A stretch of 64,000 bases of DNA, taken from assembly GCF_006345805.1 (NCBI RefSeq), contig NC_042999.1, positions 136,648,001 through 136,712,000 of the forward strand, read 5' to 3'. The stretch comes from Octopus sinensis (Eukaryota). The first letter of the stretch is position 1, and each line of letters opens with the position of its first letter. A program made the translations under genes and the position numbers. This document shows positions 38,420 through 51,394 of this stretch, one piece after another. Under the pieces are notes generated by a model that worked only from the letters and a program-made list of their open reading frames with translations, was not told the origin of the DNA and made no database searches.

Positions 38420-39290
38420 TTGAACATCTCTCAGGTAATGGAGACAACCATTAACAATGATGTCCTTCAATACATCTTTTAATACATTGAATTCGTCTTT
38501 CTCCTCAGTGGCCACTAGTATAGTTTCCACTGTAGGTTTACTGTCTTGTGTCACTCACCAGTGACCTCATGCTTCAGAGTTTTGTGAAAGCAATGTTGTT
38601 GCCTAGGTATCAGCAAAGCCTTTTGACCATGTCCAGCATGCAAATCACCTACTGAAACTTCCAGACTACAGGCGCTACCCATCTCTCACCCCTTGCATCA
38701 GTAGTATCATATAGGCTTCACTATCACCAATGATATCTCCTGACAGAAGCAAATCCTTAACATACCAAAGAGCTTAAAATCTGGCATGTCTTCTCAGAAC
38801 CAAAAGATATTATATCCCCCAACAATTGCTGACACTCTGCAAGATACGAAGCCCTCAATAGAGTACTGCTTCCACACCTGGAACTGTGTTGTTGCTGCAT
38901 ACACAGACATCCTGGACTACATTCAGAAAAGGGTTATTCAAATGATCAGCATTCAGACACTAGTAGATATGCTCCAGCCTCTGGCCCACAGGTGCTGCCT
39001 CCTCTCTTTGTCTTTTCTATTGCTCTTATAATGACCTCTGCTCCTTGGAGCTGGCTAGTTTCATACCTTCTTCACTCAGGTACCTCTGATCCACACATCT
39101 TTCCAATTTTTATCACCCTTATTGTATTCAGATGCCTTAACTCCACACCACTATACTCAGTCCTTTTTCCTCATAACATCAGTATTCTGGAATCTTGTCC
39201 TTACTTGTGCCTCTCTTGCAGGTGTTGATCTGCAACAGTTTGAACAGGCTATTAATGACATCAAGCTCACTGGTCTCAGATGGTCTACAA
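38420..39290 (+). mobile_element. CR1/L2-superfamily LINE RT and C-terminus, decayed with internal deletions
   Basis: METTINNDVLQY, ISKAFDHVQH..LLKLPDY, IEYCFHTW...ILDYIQKRVIQMI...LQPLAHR, HYTQSFF..TSVFWN...DLQQFEQAIN. Confidence 0.7.
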
Positions 39291-39669
39291 AGGTCCTGGA
39301 TATTGCCCCTTTTGACTCAGCAAATAAAAAGTATAAAAGGCCATTACTAACTTCGTTTGAGAAATATGGGTTCCTAGTTCAAATCCAGTCTGGCCTCATG
39401 TACATATCCAATAATAAAATACCTGATGATCAAAAACCAAATGCATTGAAATGTAGCATCAATATGAATATTGTAATTACACACTTTAAAGATATGGTTA
39501 ATTCTCTGAAAACTTATAATCTTAATAAAATCTCATCTCAGGCAATTAAAAAATAGTTTTCTCTTTTCGTTTTCTTCATTGAAGATGAAAGAAAGTATAT
39601 TTACAGTTTCTCAAATTGTTTGACAAAAATTAAGTGAAATCAATATTCTAAAATAATAACACATCTGTT

Positions 39670-40260
39670 CATTCTTAACATATTCTGGCAGATTCAAATG
39701 TAAATATCTGATTGTTGGTGGGTTTTTTTGTTTGTTTTTGTCATCAGCGAACACCCTTCCCTTTAGATGATTTATGATCATAATACACATGGTTCACTTA
39801 AAGAGACTTTAAAGATACTTTGGTACATTAACCTAATTGTGTATCTACTTAGTCCAAAACTATCCTGTTGGACCAATGAATTTAACAAAAGCACTAGTTT
39901 AATAGACATTAGTACAGATTTTGAAATTGTGCAATGAAATTTCAGTGAAAAATCTTTCAAACTGGTAATAATAATTCATGGGGTGCACACAGAACAAGGA
40001 GAATTCAGACAATATTGTGTGTATTCATTCTTAATATGTTCTGGCAGATTTGAGTATGAATATATGATCATTGTTGTATTTTTCATCATCAGAGAACACC
40101 TCCTCCCTGTTGACAATGTATGTTCATAACTGATTCACTGGTGTAAAGGAACTTTGAAACACCATGATGCCTTGGCCTAACTGTTTGACTTTCTCAGTGA
40201 AAGCTACCCCACCAGTCTGATGAATCTAAGATGATGTGCTCTTCAGACATTAACATGCAT
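39670..40260. repeat. Old tandem duplication, period ~350 bp
   Basis: attcttaa.at.ttctggcagatt...tcatcag.gaacacc.t.ccct occurs at ~39671 and ~40027, with weaker similarity continuing ~200 bp. Confidence 0.65.
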
Positions 40261-40344
40261 CAATAAATAATTTGTTTGCGGATTTCTGTAAACAAGAGCT
40301 TATACTCTTGTTAGATCATCAGCTCAATAAAGTAGCAAGCATGG

Positions 40345-40590
40345 TTGTATGGTTAAAATGTTTGCAGGTTCAGTCCCACTATATAGTATCTTTGGCAATT
40401 GTCTTTTACTCTAGTCCCAGGCCACCAAAACCTTATGAGTAGATTTGACAGATGGTAATGGAAACTTGTCGCATGTCTATGTACATGAATGTCTTCTTGC
40501 CTTAGTAGCCTGCAACATTTGTGAACAAATGCCACTGTCATACAGACAGTGTCCTTAGTTTCTATCCTTCTGTGAAAGCATATCCAGCTA
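40345..40590 (+). mobile_element. SINE, decayed
   Basis: ggttcagtcccact head, ccaaaaccttatgagtagatttg.cagatgg; body similar to 13600-13890. Confidence 0.6.
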
Positions 40591-42539
40591 TGGAGAAAAT
40601 ATTACCTATATTTATATCATATATGTTAGTCTATGATCCCTTATTTCTTAATGAAGGGTAGTAAAATTCTAATCCACTTCTTAGTGGCCTAATAGTTAAG
40701 ATTGTTGCTACCATTAGTATAGAAATACAAGTTTCTAGTTTGAATGTTGTTTGAGATGTGGAAGACATAAGTAAAATACTTGATGATTATCGAATGTCAA
40801 ATAAATCAAAGCAATCAGTAGTCTGAATTATTATTAGACATTTAGATATTGAAGTTCATTTAAACATGGAATGATTTAAACTTTAAATATCAGTTTTGGT
40901 TGACTGATTTTTTTTTTTTACTAGGGTAAAGGTAATGCTTCTACAAATTTGAAATCATTAAATTTTCTTTATAAATTCTTTCTTAACTAACAGAAATCCA
41001 TTTTTCATGAAATTTCATATCTTAGATATGACTTCAACTTTCTATGACAATAGCAATCCATCAATCATATACTTCCAGGATTTTACCATCAGCTTTTATT
41101 TCATTTTCATATTACTTATCATTTCCAACTAGAAATATTATATTCCTCATCTAATTTTCACTTATATTTTAGACTTACTTGATTTATATTTAAATTCATG
41201 TATACTCTGCACTTTAATTTCCTAATCACCGAGTCTGGCATGATTTCAGATAAATGCATCAAAGAAGCAGCTTGTATCAGGGAAATAATTCTTTTGTGTT
41301 TAATGTTGTTATGAATTTCTAATATTCTTCCAGATATCACTAACATTATCTGTCACATTCTGTTACTTAGCAACCATGATATCTTTCTTATAGTCATCTA
41401 ACGTAAAGTGTTGTCATTGTTTTATTTTATGCTCTATTATTCTTGATATATTAAACTGATAACTATGAGTAATATTTTCTGTTATTTTTGTAATGACAAA
41501 AATAACTTAATATCAGTGGTTGTATTACATTAATATCAAGTTAAAAAGTAATTTTGCATAATCTGTTGCTTTGATAGTTAATTTCACTTCTCAACCTGAT
41601 CTTATGTTCACTTTTTTCAAAATAGGTTTGTATGTAGGTTTATTGATATGTACATGCATGGAATTACTAGTAATGCAGAAGAATATCTATATTCTAGGCT
41701 TAGATCGGCAGCAATGTTTCTAGAAATCAGTTAACTTGAAGAATAATAGTAGCAACTTGGAAAATAAATTTCTAGTTCATATTCATTAATTCTCCAATGG
41801 TTTTTAAAATGACATATATTTTTGAAACATGGCACTTTATCAAATTATATACCCATATTAGTATAAAATTGAAACATTACTTCTTAATTGTGAACTGTCT
41901 CTGAGTTAATTTCATTTTCCTAGCATGTCGGCACATTGCCCAGTGGACATAGCTGCTGGCTCAATCAAGTTAATTTCATTTTTCCAATGTTGCTTTTGCA
42001 TTAGGCAATGCAACTACCTCCATGTGCTACTGTTTTATTGTTGTTGTTGTTGTGCTGTTATATTTTCAATAGTTTTATGTATTTCAACTATATGCACCTC
42101 CAAGTTCTTGAGGTGTATACAACATTGCTTTTAGGAATATAATATTATGTTAATACTCTTAAATCTTTTTTGCATTGTTTGAGCTTGTTATTTTTAGTGT
42201 TGTTTTAGTCTTTCACCTGTTGTGTATAAAGATGTGGTGATTGTGGTCAGTATGCATTGTATTATACTGTTTCCACAGAGTAAATCCACAAAATGTGTTG
42301 TGTGAATTGTGGTATTTTATTGAGTGTCAATTGAATAGGGCATGTGACATTTACTGAGAATATACTGTTTAAGTTGTGCTGTTAAACTGAAAGTGCTTGT
42401 GGAGGATATGAACTATATCTATCAGGATTACTTTTTGGATTATACATGTTTTCAGCTCTGATATGACTTGATTTTCATCTTTTTTTATAATTATACTTTG
42501 TACTGCAATTATTAGTTTTGGTAGTGTTTTTATTTTCCT

Positions 42540-43060
42540 GCTCCATTTCCTGTTTATTTCAGTTTCAAGGTCCTTTTACTTCAATGGGTTTTTCCATCAC
42601 CTTTTAGTTAATGTTTTGGTTAGAAGTGGAGATTGAAATGACTATCAAAACACAGTCATTTTTGTTCCTGTTTATAATTATTACATCTGAACTGTTAACC
42701 TTGATTTCCTTGTCAGCCCTGACAGACATGTTCCAAGTGATTGTAATCAGGATCTTTTCATCTACTTCTAATCCATTTTCATACTGGAGTGCTGATATAT
42801 CAAAGTATTACCAATTAGTTGCCAACTGGTGTCTGTGAATATAGATGAACCTGGCAAGATTGGGCAGCCAGATATGATGTGGTTTACTGTTACATTGTAC
42901 TGTTCGCATTGGCTCAGAATCTCCTTTTGGGAAAGCTATTGGTCATGTGCAACTAAAGTTAAAGCCTCCACTTCTGCTTTTATTTCAAAGCTTTTGAGCC
43001 ATTGTTGGGTTTCTCTCTGTCAAGATATGTTTGGTATTCGCTATGGAGTGGTCTAACAAG
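42540..43060 (-). mobile_element. R4/Dong-like non-LTR retrotransposon, CCHC + RLE region, decayed
   Basis: Manual - strand reading across frameshifts: DREKP..WLKSFEIKAEVEAL..AHDQ, TVNHIISGCPIL, ITWNMSVRADKEIKVNSSDVIII...LIVISI, KDLETEINRKW. These correspond to WL..GLK.ETEG.I.A.QDQ / ET..HI.SGC / LWD..I.TD..I.ANRPDI / KYKDL..EI.R.W. Confidence 0.7.
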
Positions 43061-43201
43061 CTATATTTTATCAGACTATTGGTTATGGATTACACTTATT
43101 GACACTCAGATTTCTAACTTTGAGTTTTATATTCTAATTATGTTCCTATGAAGTTGTCACACTCAAGGATATATATATATATGTGTGTGTGTGTATTTAT
43201 T

Positions 43202-43234
<33 letters not shown>

Positions 43235-45669
43235 ATATAATCTGGGCAATAATCTCATAATATGCATTTCAACTAAAACCATAAACTAAATAGTTCTTTT
43301 ATAGAATTTGAAAAAATAATACAAGAAATTCTTGTTGACATTGAAATTATATCAAAGTATTCCTTAACATAAGCAGATGACTTGCAATGACAGGTTAAAA
43401 TTATTGTTTGCATGCTCGTTAAAAGAATTTTAATAAGTTATGTAAATAGTTTGTTGCCCCTTAAATGGGTGGCTTCTAATAACAAGTTGAAATTGTAATA
43501 ATTACTCCATGCTAATTATAATCACTTAAGAGAATGACTCATAATAACAAATTAACATTATTATTGTTTGCAAGTGTATCAAAATGATTATTGAAAATGG
43601 TCTGTGTAGTAGATGTTAAAAAATTGGAATCATTTGTATAAGTCGATAATAATCAAATAAATGGATGACTAATATTAACTAGTTAGCATTGTTGCAAGAA
43701 TGTTTGTTCAAATGATTATAAAAATTTGTATGTTGATTATAATCCTATAATAATTGCAAATATATGCAAACCCCCATATTAATCAAATAATGGTAATATG
43801 ATGTTTGATGGAAAGTTAAGTGAAAGCATTTATCTCCAAAATCTAAGAAAAAGATACAAAATTCTCAGAAAGATGGTTAAATTTATCCTCTCAAGACAGA
43901 ATTTGTAAATATGTTGAGTACTGATTACAAGTCAGTATACTTGATGAAATAGATAGAGAACTGATTGTAATATTTACAGGGATGATTAAAATAATATAAT
44001 AGTTATAATAGATACAATGTGACAACATTAATCTGAGGAGGCCATACAGTATTCAGTGTAAAGTACTTTTATGGCATATGGAAAGGTATATAGCGTTCAT
44101 ATAGACATGGATAATTTAATATTTTAATATATCAAAAATGTAATTTACGATAAGCTGATGCATCTAAATAGCAGAATTATCAATTACATGTGAATTGAAA
44201 TGATTGCAAAAATCTAAAAATGGAGTGTAAAATCATGTGATGAAAATAATCTAAAAAAAAACTGCAGGTTTTTGTTAGAAAGTGCTGCTATAAGATATAT
44301 CCTTTTGGTAGTGGGTTTAACAAATACACATCAGCAGTAAAAAAAAAAGCTAATGCTTAAGGAAGGGAAAATTGGACATTTCTTGAGAAAATGGAGTATG
44401 TACAAGTATTAGCATGCATCTAAGTTAGAGGATATGTAAGGGTATAATGTGTGACATGCATGTTTAAAAAGCAGAAACAAGTAAAGAAATTAAGGCTGTA
44501 GTAAAGTATTTAATGGCCATTGGGTTTTGTGAAGTTCACTTGAAGCCAAACACCTATCCTGCCACCTTGAAAGAATAAAGATAATGGATAATTCAAAATA
44601 GATGTCTTGGATCAAAAATGATAGCATAGCAATAAAAACGATCCCTTGTAATTTTTAAATTTTATTTCAACCCATTGACACACTTCATCTACTGCTTGGT
44701 AAAAGCTATCTTCAGTTTTATTTTAATTTTCTTATCACTATCACTTAAATAGATTCGAGGTTTTTATTATTATCAATATTATTAAGGTCACCTTTATTCT
44801 TTTGATGTTATTGTTACTATTATTGTGATCTTACTTTTGTATCTGTTTTCTATTGGTACAACAATATGTGTTGCCTAGAATCCAAGCTGATTGGTAGAGA
44901 GGAATAGACATGGTATGTTGAGGAAACTCCTAGAAAAACCAACAGCACTTGATTGCATTCCACCTGAGGAAGCACCAACACACGGCTGTTGATGAAAAAT
45001 ATTCAGTTATATAGCTATTCTAAAGAATAATATTATCTCTTATTATAATATAATGATAATTGTAAACTCAGCAACTTTAAGCTGGTGTCCAGTGCAGAAA
45101 CAAATATGATTTGTATGAAAGCTTGCCATTTTCCATCTTTGTATTAAATTTTCCTTATAAATGTATCTATGTATGCATGCATACACATGCACACACACGC
45201 ACACACAAGTGAGAAATAATGTTTTGGCTTCTGATTTCATTCTTCTTTAGTACACTAATCAGTTTCACAGCTTTCCTCTCAATATATTTTTCTTGTCCCA
45301 ATGTTCTGATTTTATAGTAGTATTCTGTTTGTATCATACTCTGTCATCCTTGCATATTCTCTTTATATCAGCTTTAGGGCATTAAGTTCAGTATGATGTT
45401 AGTAGTTTCCTGGTTTTCTAAGTTCTCCAACTTCCTTACTTTTGATTCATGTTGGTGAAATTGTAGTTTATAACTGTGATAGCTAGCTTTCTTATTTTAC
45501 ATTTAACTCTGATTTCAGTTTCTAATATTTTTATGACTCTACTGTAGTACCATTTTCTTATATTTTTTATTTAAGTTTTATATATTATCAGTTTATCTAC
45601 TCTGAAATATTTGTATGAATATTTCCTATTTACATCCCTAATTTTGGTTTCTCTACCTAAATTATTATT

Positions 45670-46320
45670 TTGACTTTCATCCCCTTGAGGTTGATGAAAT
45701 ATGTACCTTTTGAGTAGTGGGGTTGATGTAATCAACCTGCCCCCTCTCTCCAAATTACAGAAAATAAGTACCAGTTGCATACTGGCATTGATTTAATCAA
45801 CTCCACCCCACCCCATCACCCCACCTAAAAATTTCAGGCATTGTGCCTATAGTAGAAATTATTATTATTGTTGTTGTTAAGGTACAAACTAGCAGAATCG
45901 TTAGCACTGTGGGCAAAATGCAAAATGCATAGCAACATTTCATCCATTTTCACATTCTGAGTCCAAATTCCACCAAGGCCAACTTTGCCTGTCATTCTTT
46001 CAGGGTCAATAAAATAAGTACCAGTTGAGCGCTAGGTTCAATGTAATTGACTTGCTCCCTACCCCAAAATTGCTGGTCTTGTGCCAAAATTTGAAGTGGT
46101 TATTATTATTGCTGTTATTGTTGTGATAGAATGACAGAATTGTTTAGAATAGTAGACAAAATATTTTGCAGTATTTCATCTGACACTTTACATACTGAGT
46201 TCAGATCCCATTGAGGACACCTTTGATTTTCGTCCTGCAAGATTTGATAAAGTAAAGCATCAGTGAAGTACAAAGCTGATATAATCAACCTGTCTCTTCT
46301 GGTCTTGTACTACCTATGTT
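45670..46320 (+). mobile_element. Cluster of 3-4 decayed SINE copies (8130/60423 family)
   Basis: Repeated aataagtaccagttg..ctgg..gat.taatcaac core and ttctgagt.caaat.cc head. Confidence 0.65.
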
Positions 46321-49300
46321 AAAAACAGTTATTTCACTGTGTAACACAATTTTTGTCCTTGGGTAGCAACTGTTATTTCCTATTTGCTTACCCCTAGAAA
46401 GTATGATAAATGGCTAATATTTCCTTCAAACTTTTGTTACATTTATTCAAACCCCAAAGAAATCCTCTCAACACATGGCTATGTTGCTTCCCAAATACTC
46501 TTGCTCATGATCAGAAATGCACATATTGTCACACACTAATGGACATGCTCAAGTGGTTATGGTCAAGGAACTGACTAGCAAATCCAAGGTATTGAGCAGA
46601 ATATTTGCTATAGCGATATTTCTGCTTCAGCAACTCAGTGCTGAATTTGTCTGAAATGTGATGGAAAATAGGTCGGTCTTAAAACCATTGATGTCCAGGT
46701 CACGAAAGCAAAGTTTGAAGGGAATAATAGTTATTTCCTTTGATTTATACACAGGAAATAACACTTACTGAGAAAGACAAAAAAAAAATTGAAATTTCGT
46801 TACACAGTGTTATTATTATGAGTTCTACATCTGATGTCATAGAGAAATGAAAAAATAAGTTGCTAATTTGTTGGCGGTGGTGGGGGGGGCACTTCATATG
46901 ACATAGTGATATTTTCTGAAATATCAGTGTAGCTCTGTAAAAGCTATTCCATGCATCATTCCAAGCACTTTTAACTTTCACATTCTGCTTAATCCTTGAG
47001 TGCCTTTCTTTGCTGCACCTGGTTATTTTTTTTCGTTTTCTCTGGTTTTGTTCTTCTGTTACATTAACACTACAAAACAGAATAGAACTTTGAATTTGTT
47101 AACACATTCTGCCTGTTAACCATAGAAAAAAAGCATTCAAACTGCCTGAATAATATCAATTTTAATGTCTTTTTCTAGTGTTTTGTCAGTAATGTTTTAG
47201 CTTCTATTCCAAGTCCCATTATCCATATCTTGTGATTTTATTGGGCTACTTTGAATCTAACTTATTAGTTAATATGACTAAGGTGAAAGTTTAACATTTG
47301 CTGTATAATCTTGATTTGACTAATGCAAGAATGATATATTTATATGTTGTTTGAATTATATTTTATTAAAACTTTTCTATTATATTCAACTACAAAACAT
47401 ATATTTTCAAAAGAACAGAATTATTTTGACAGCATCTTTAAACAGCTTTAATTTTGTAATTTATTGTTGAAAATGTTATATGAATTTCAATAAAATTGAG
47501 GAACTGGGAGGTGTTTGTTTCCAAATCTTTTCAAAATCTCCTTCAGGCACAAGGTAGACAAACTTATTGTTATTTGACTTGCAAAGAGAATGAAATCATA
47601 TGGCTTCAAGTGCTAACAGCAATCTTCCACCACCTTTCAACTTTGTTTATTGAACTAGCTACAGAGAAATTCATTTTGATATATTTTATCAATTCTGTAA
47701 AGTCACATATAATACCCCTGTTCTCTCCCTACACACACACTGAGTTAAAAGTAGAATTCGTTGCTTGGGCTGGGTTAAGATTAAAGACACCCTGATATAA
47801 AAATAAAGGATCAAAATTTGAATGCGTGTGTGTGAATGGTATCTGAAGGTGGTTGATAAATTCATTGATCAAAACACTGAAAGAGGAAGTTATTAGGCCA
47901 GAAATCTTAATTGTACCAACAATATCTCATCTTTCAGTTATTATTTTCAATTCATTGAAATTCTCATTAAGATGATACTTGTGAATAATCAAAAGTTGAT
48001 GGCTTCATAAGTTTTGCAGGAATTTGAGTGATCTGACCAAAATTTTTACCCCAGTACATATTGAGTTAATAACCAATTTCATTACTCAAATACCAATTTA
48101 GAATTTTTTTTCACTTATTGATTAGAAATTTTCCCATTCTACTCCATCCTTCTTAAGATTACTTGTAATTATGAGAGAATTTTTCAAATGCAACTTATGG
48201 TCTTACAACAGGGAGGATCTTTCAAGAATCTTGTATTTTTTTAACTAATTTAATTTGAAAAGCCTTTATTTCTTCTTGGATTTTTTTATAGGATCCTTAA
48301 TTTTGGTATTGATGTCTCTGCATCTTCATTATTTCTCATAAAATCAATAGTCTTTGGATTGATTGATGATATTTGTTTTCAATAGTCATACACACTGTTC
48401 TTTTAATTTCTTGACCTTGCAATTGCTAAATGTGTTATGGCATTAGTATATAATTAATAAAAAACCGTGTAAACATTAAATTTTCAAATGAATACTCAGG
48501 ACATTGTTTATAACAATTTCTTCTATCGAGCCTGTCTTTTACTTTTTCTTTCATTCTTGCAAAATCCTCAATTATTTCATCATTAATAAATTGTTGACCA
48601 CACAAAGGCTTAGGTATGACTAATATCTTGTAAAAATAGGAATTTTCATTTAAATATCATCTTTGAGATTGGAATGCTGGCAACAAGCTTCAGAAAATAA
48701 TGTGATGAGGTTAGTTCATACTATATTAAGATTAAACAAGATAAATCCTCTAGAAAGTGGGTATTCAAATTTACAATAAGATAGTAAACACAGAGGAAAT
48801 TTGTTCTGAAAACTTTACTACAATTCAAGAGCTGTGAAGAATTTATTGAACTGAGTGCAGCTTTCAAGTTGAAATTGCAGCTTAGTAAACACACAAAATT
48901 CACTTAGGCCAGAAATATATGATATTCTATCTACATGCACAATGCTGTTATTGTATCTATATTATAGCATGCAGTTTACGTAGCATGACGATGAATATTG
49001 TGTATAACTCAATACTCACAAAACTCTTAAAATGGAAAGACCTCTTGTAAATATAGCTAGGAATGTGGAACAATACATCATACAAAAACAAAACTCCTCC
49101 TCCTGCCAGACATTTTTCTGAGTTCCATCTCTAAATTGATACTTTAAAACGGTATCAGGTTGTGAAGTTTGTCTTCCCTTTTACACTGGCAGAACAATCC
49201 ATTTTTTTTCCCATTTATGTTGATATTAGCTCTTTTGATACCAACTTACCTGAAAGTGCTCCTGGTTCTGTGTTACAAACTTCCTGATTTGAAGAGATCC

Positions 49301-50633
49301 AAATTAAAATCTCCCATTGAAATTTCATGGTAATTTATATTCCAAACACCAAGTTAATAAGGATAAAGTTATTTTTTGCTAAATTCTTCATTATTCTCAA
49401 AGTTAATGGAATCAAAGATAGTGTATTTCAGCAGAAATATGGTAACAAAAGGGTTAACACGCCTTCAAATGATTTCTCTTAAGATTTATTATTTCAATAG
49501 ATCTTGAAGATGATACTAAGGTGATTACTTCAATTTTCTGTAAACTCTAAATCTCTAAAATTGCAAACCAACTACTTGTTGCTGACCTTGTGCACGTGCA
49601 GTAGGTAGATACAGACTACAGTAACTGATGTTATATTGAATCTGTATATTTTGAAAAGAGTTATTTAAAAAAAAAAATGTTTCCATAACGATGTCATTTT
49701 TGTAAACAGAATAACAAGTGTAAATAATATTTTGTTCAGATAAATGATACATTCACTTTTTGTTCTGTGAAGTATTGTAGTTAGGTAATATCAAAGAATT
49801 TTCTTAGTTTAGTTAATGTGATTGTTATTTGTTTATTTTTGTTTCTATTTGTTCTCAATTGAACTCCAGGGATTAGCAGCCTTCAGAGATTAAGTACCAA
49901 AGATTGGTTGGTAGTAATGAGAATAATTTTTTTCTATTGCTTATGATATAAAGTAATCTGTGGCTGTTCTACAAATAAAGAAGATATGTGATCTTTTCAT
50001 TGGAACAGATCATTGTGATTATCAGTTACATTGTTTGTTTATTATTAGGGTTTGGGGAATTGAAAAACTATATGAATAGATTACCAAGTATTGATTAACT
50101 TATTAACCTTATGGTGCTTTTTTCTCTGCATGATAAATTTCAATGTGTATGCTGTCTGATCACTTTTACATGCCATAATTTAAAATATACATATCTTTGT
50201 CTTCGAAACATGTTTTTTAAGACCCATGGGGTTTTAAATGACAGTTCTTAGCTCTGGGTCTCTCCCTGGATAGGATATTTTATGAAACATCTCCTGAATA
50301 TCTGATTCTGTATTGCATAGTTACTGAGACATAAATTCAATATAAATTCCTGCTACACATTAAAAATATCTGTAATGTGATTGTACTCAAAAACTTTAAG
50401 ATGGTATTCCAGTCTGCCAGTCTCCGTCTACATTTATGTTTGATATACTATCAGACTCAACTGGCAGACAAAGGTGATCCAAGCATATTTTTGTAGACTA
50501 TAAATTGTGTTAAATTTCAACGAGTCTGTAGGGAATGCCTCAATATCGCATACAATCTATCTAGAACATGGATAATTTCAATGCCACCTCTCTCTCTCTC
50601 TTTATATGTGTGTGTGTATATATATATATATAG

Positions 50634-50827
50634 GGAGAGTTTACAAAAAAAAAAGAAAAGACGAAGACAGGTGTTGTACAAAACAAACAGATGTATTAGT
50701 ATAATGCTCAGGAATAGAAAAAGTCTTTGACGTTTTGAGCCTACACTCTTCTACAGAAAGGGACACAGAAAAAAAACAAGGAGAGAAAAAAAATGTGTGC
50801 AGTGGCTAACGATTTATCATGGCGACT
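50634..50827 (-). mobile_element. Short repeat family A with a hammerhead-like motif, inserted in (TA)n; second copy at 60648-60810
   Basis: Two dispersed similar copies. - strand motif CTTT CTGTAGA A GAG tgtagg CTC AAAA CG TC AAAG at 50725-50760. Confidence 0.65.
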
Positions 50828-50829
50828 GA

Positions 50830-50879
<50 letters not shown>

Positions 50880-50954
50880 TACAGGCATATACAGTTATAC
50901 ATATATATAGATATGCACATACTTGTATATGTATGTATATATATATATATAGGA

Positions 50955-50995
<41 letters not shown>

Positions 50996-50996
50996 A

Positions 50997-51047
<51 letters not shown>

Positions 51048-51139
51048 CATATAAATATATAGATATATTTATACATATATATATATATATATATATAATT
51101 TTAATCCAAAAGGGAAACAAAAAAACAACAACAACAGGA

Positions 51140-51390
51140 ACAATTACAGTATTATTATTAATAGGCGCTCAGGAGATGGAAGCAGGGAGGTATGACGTTT
51201 CGAGCGGAGCTCTTCGTCGGAAACATAAAGAAGGAAGAGAGAGGAAAGAAAGATCCCAGAGCGGGCAACAGGGAAAGAGAAAAAAGACGACTGGTGTTTA
51301 CGAGTTGCACATGGTGAAAGGCGGATGTTGACGATAACAAGAGCAAAGTGGGTTTTTAAAGGCAAAAGAGTGGAGACAAGGTTGGTAACC
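51140..51390 (-). mobile_element. Short repeat family B with a hammerhead-like motif
   Basis: - strand CCGACGA A GAGC tcc GCTC GAAA CG TC at ~51194-51220; shares the downstream TCCTGAGC..TAATA with family A. Confidence 0.55.
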
Positions 51391-51394
51391 CAAC

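Noticed and set aside
39222-39556. Apparent phase-1 splice acceptor (ctctcttgcAG) opening a 111-codon frame; a possible alternative terminal exon
   Set aside because: The first part (HYTQSFF..WN...DLQQFEQAIN) is the C-terminus of the CR1-like LINE and the rest has no recognisable homology. Read-through by chance is simpler; only junction reads from 14390 would revive it.
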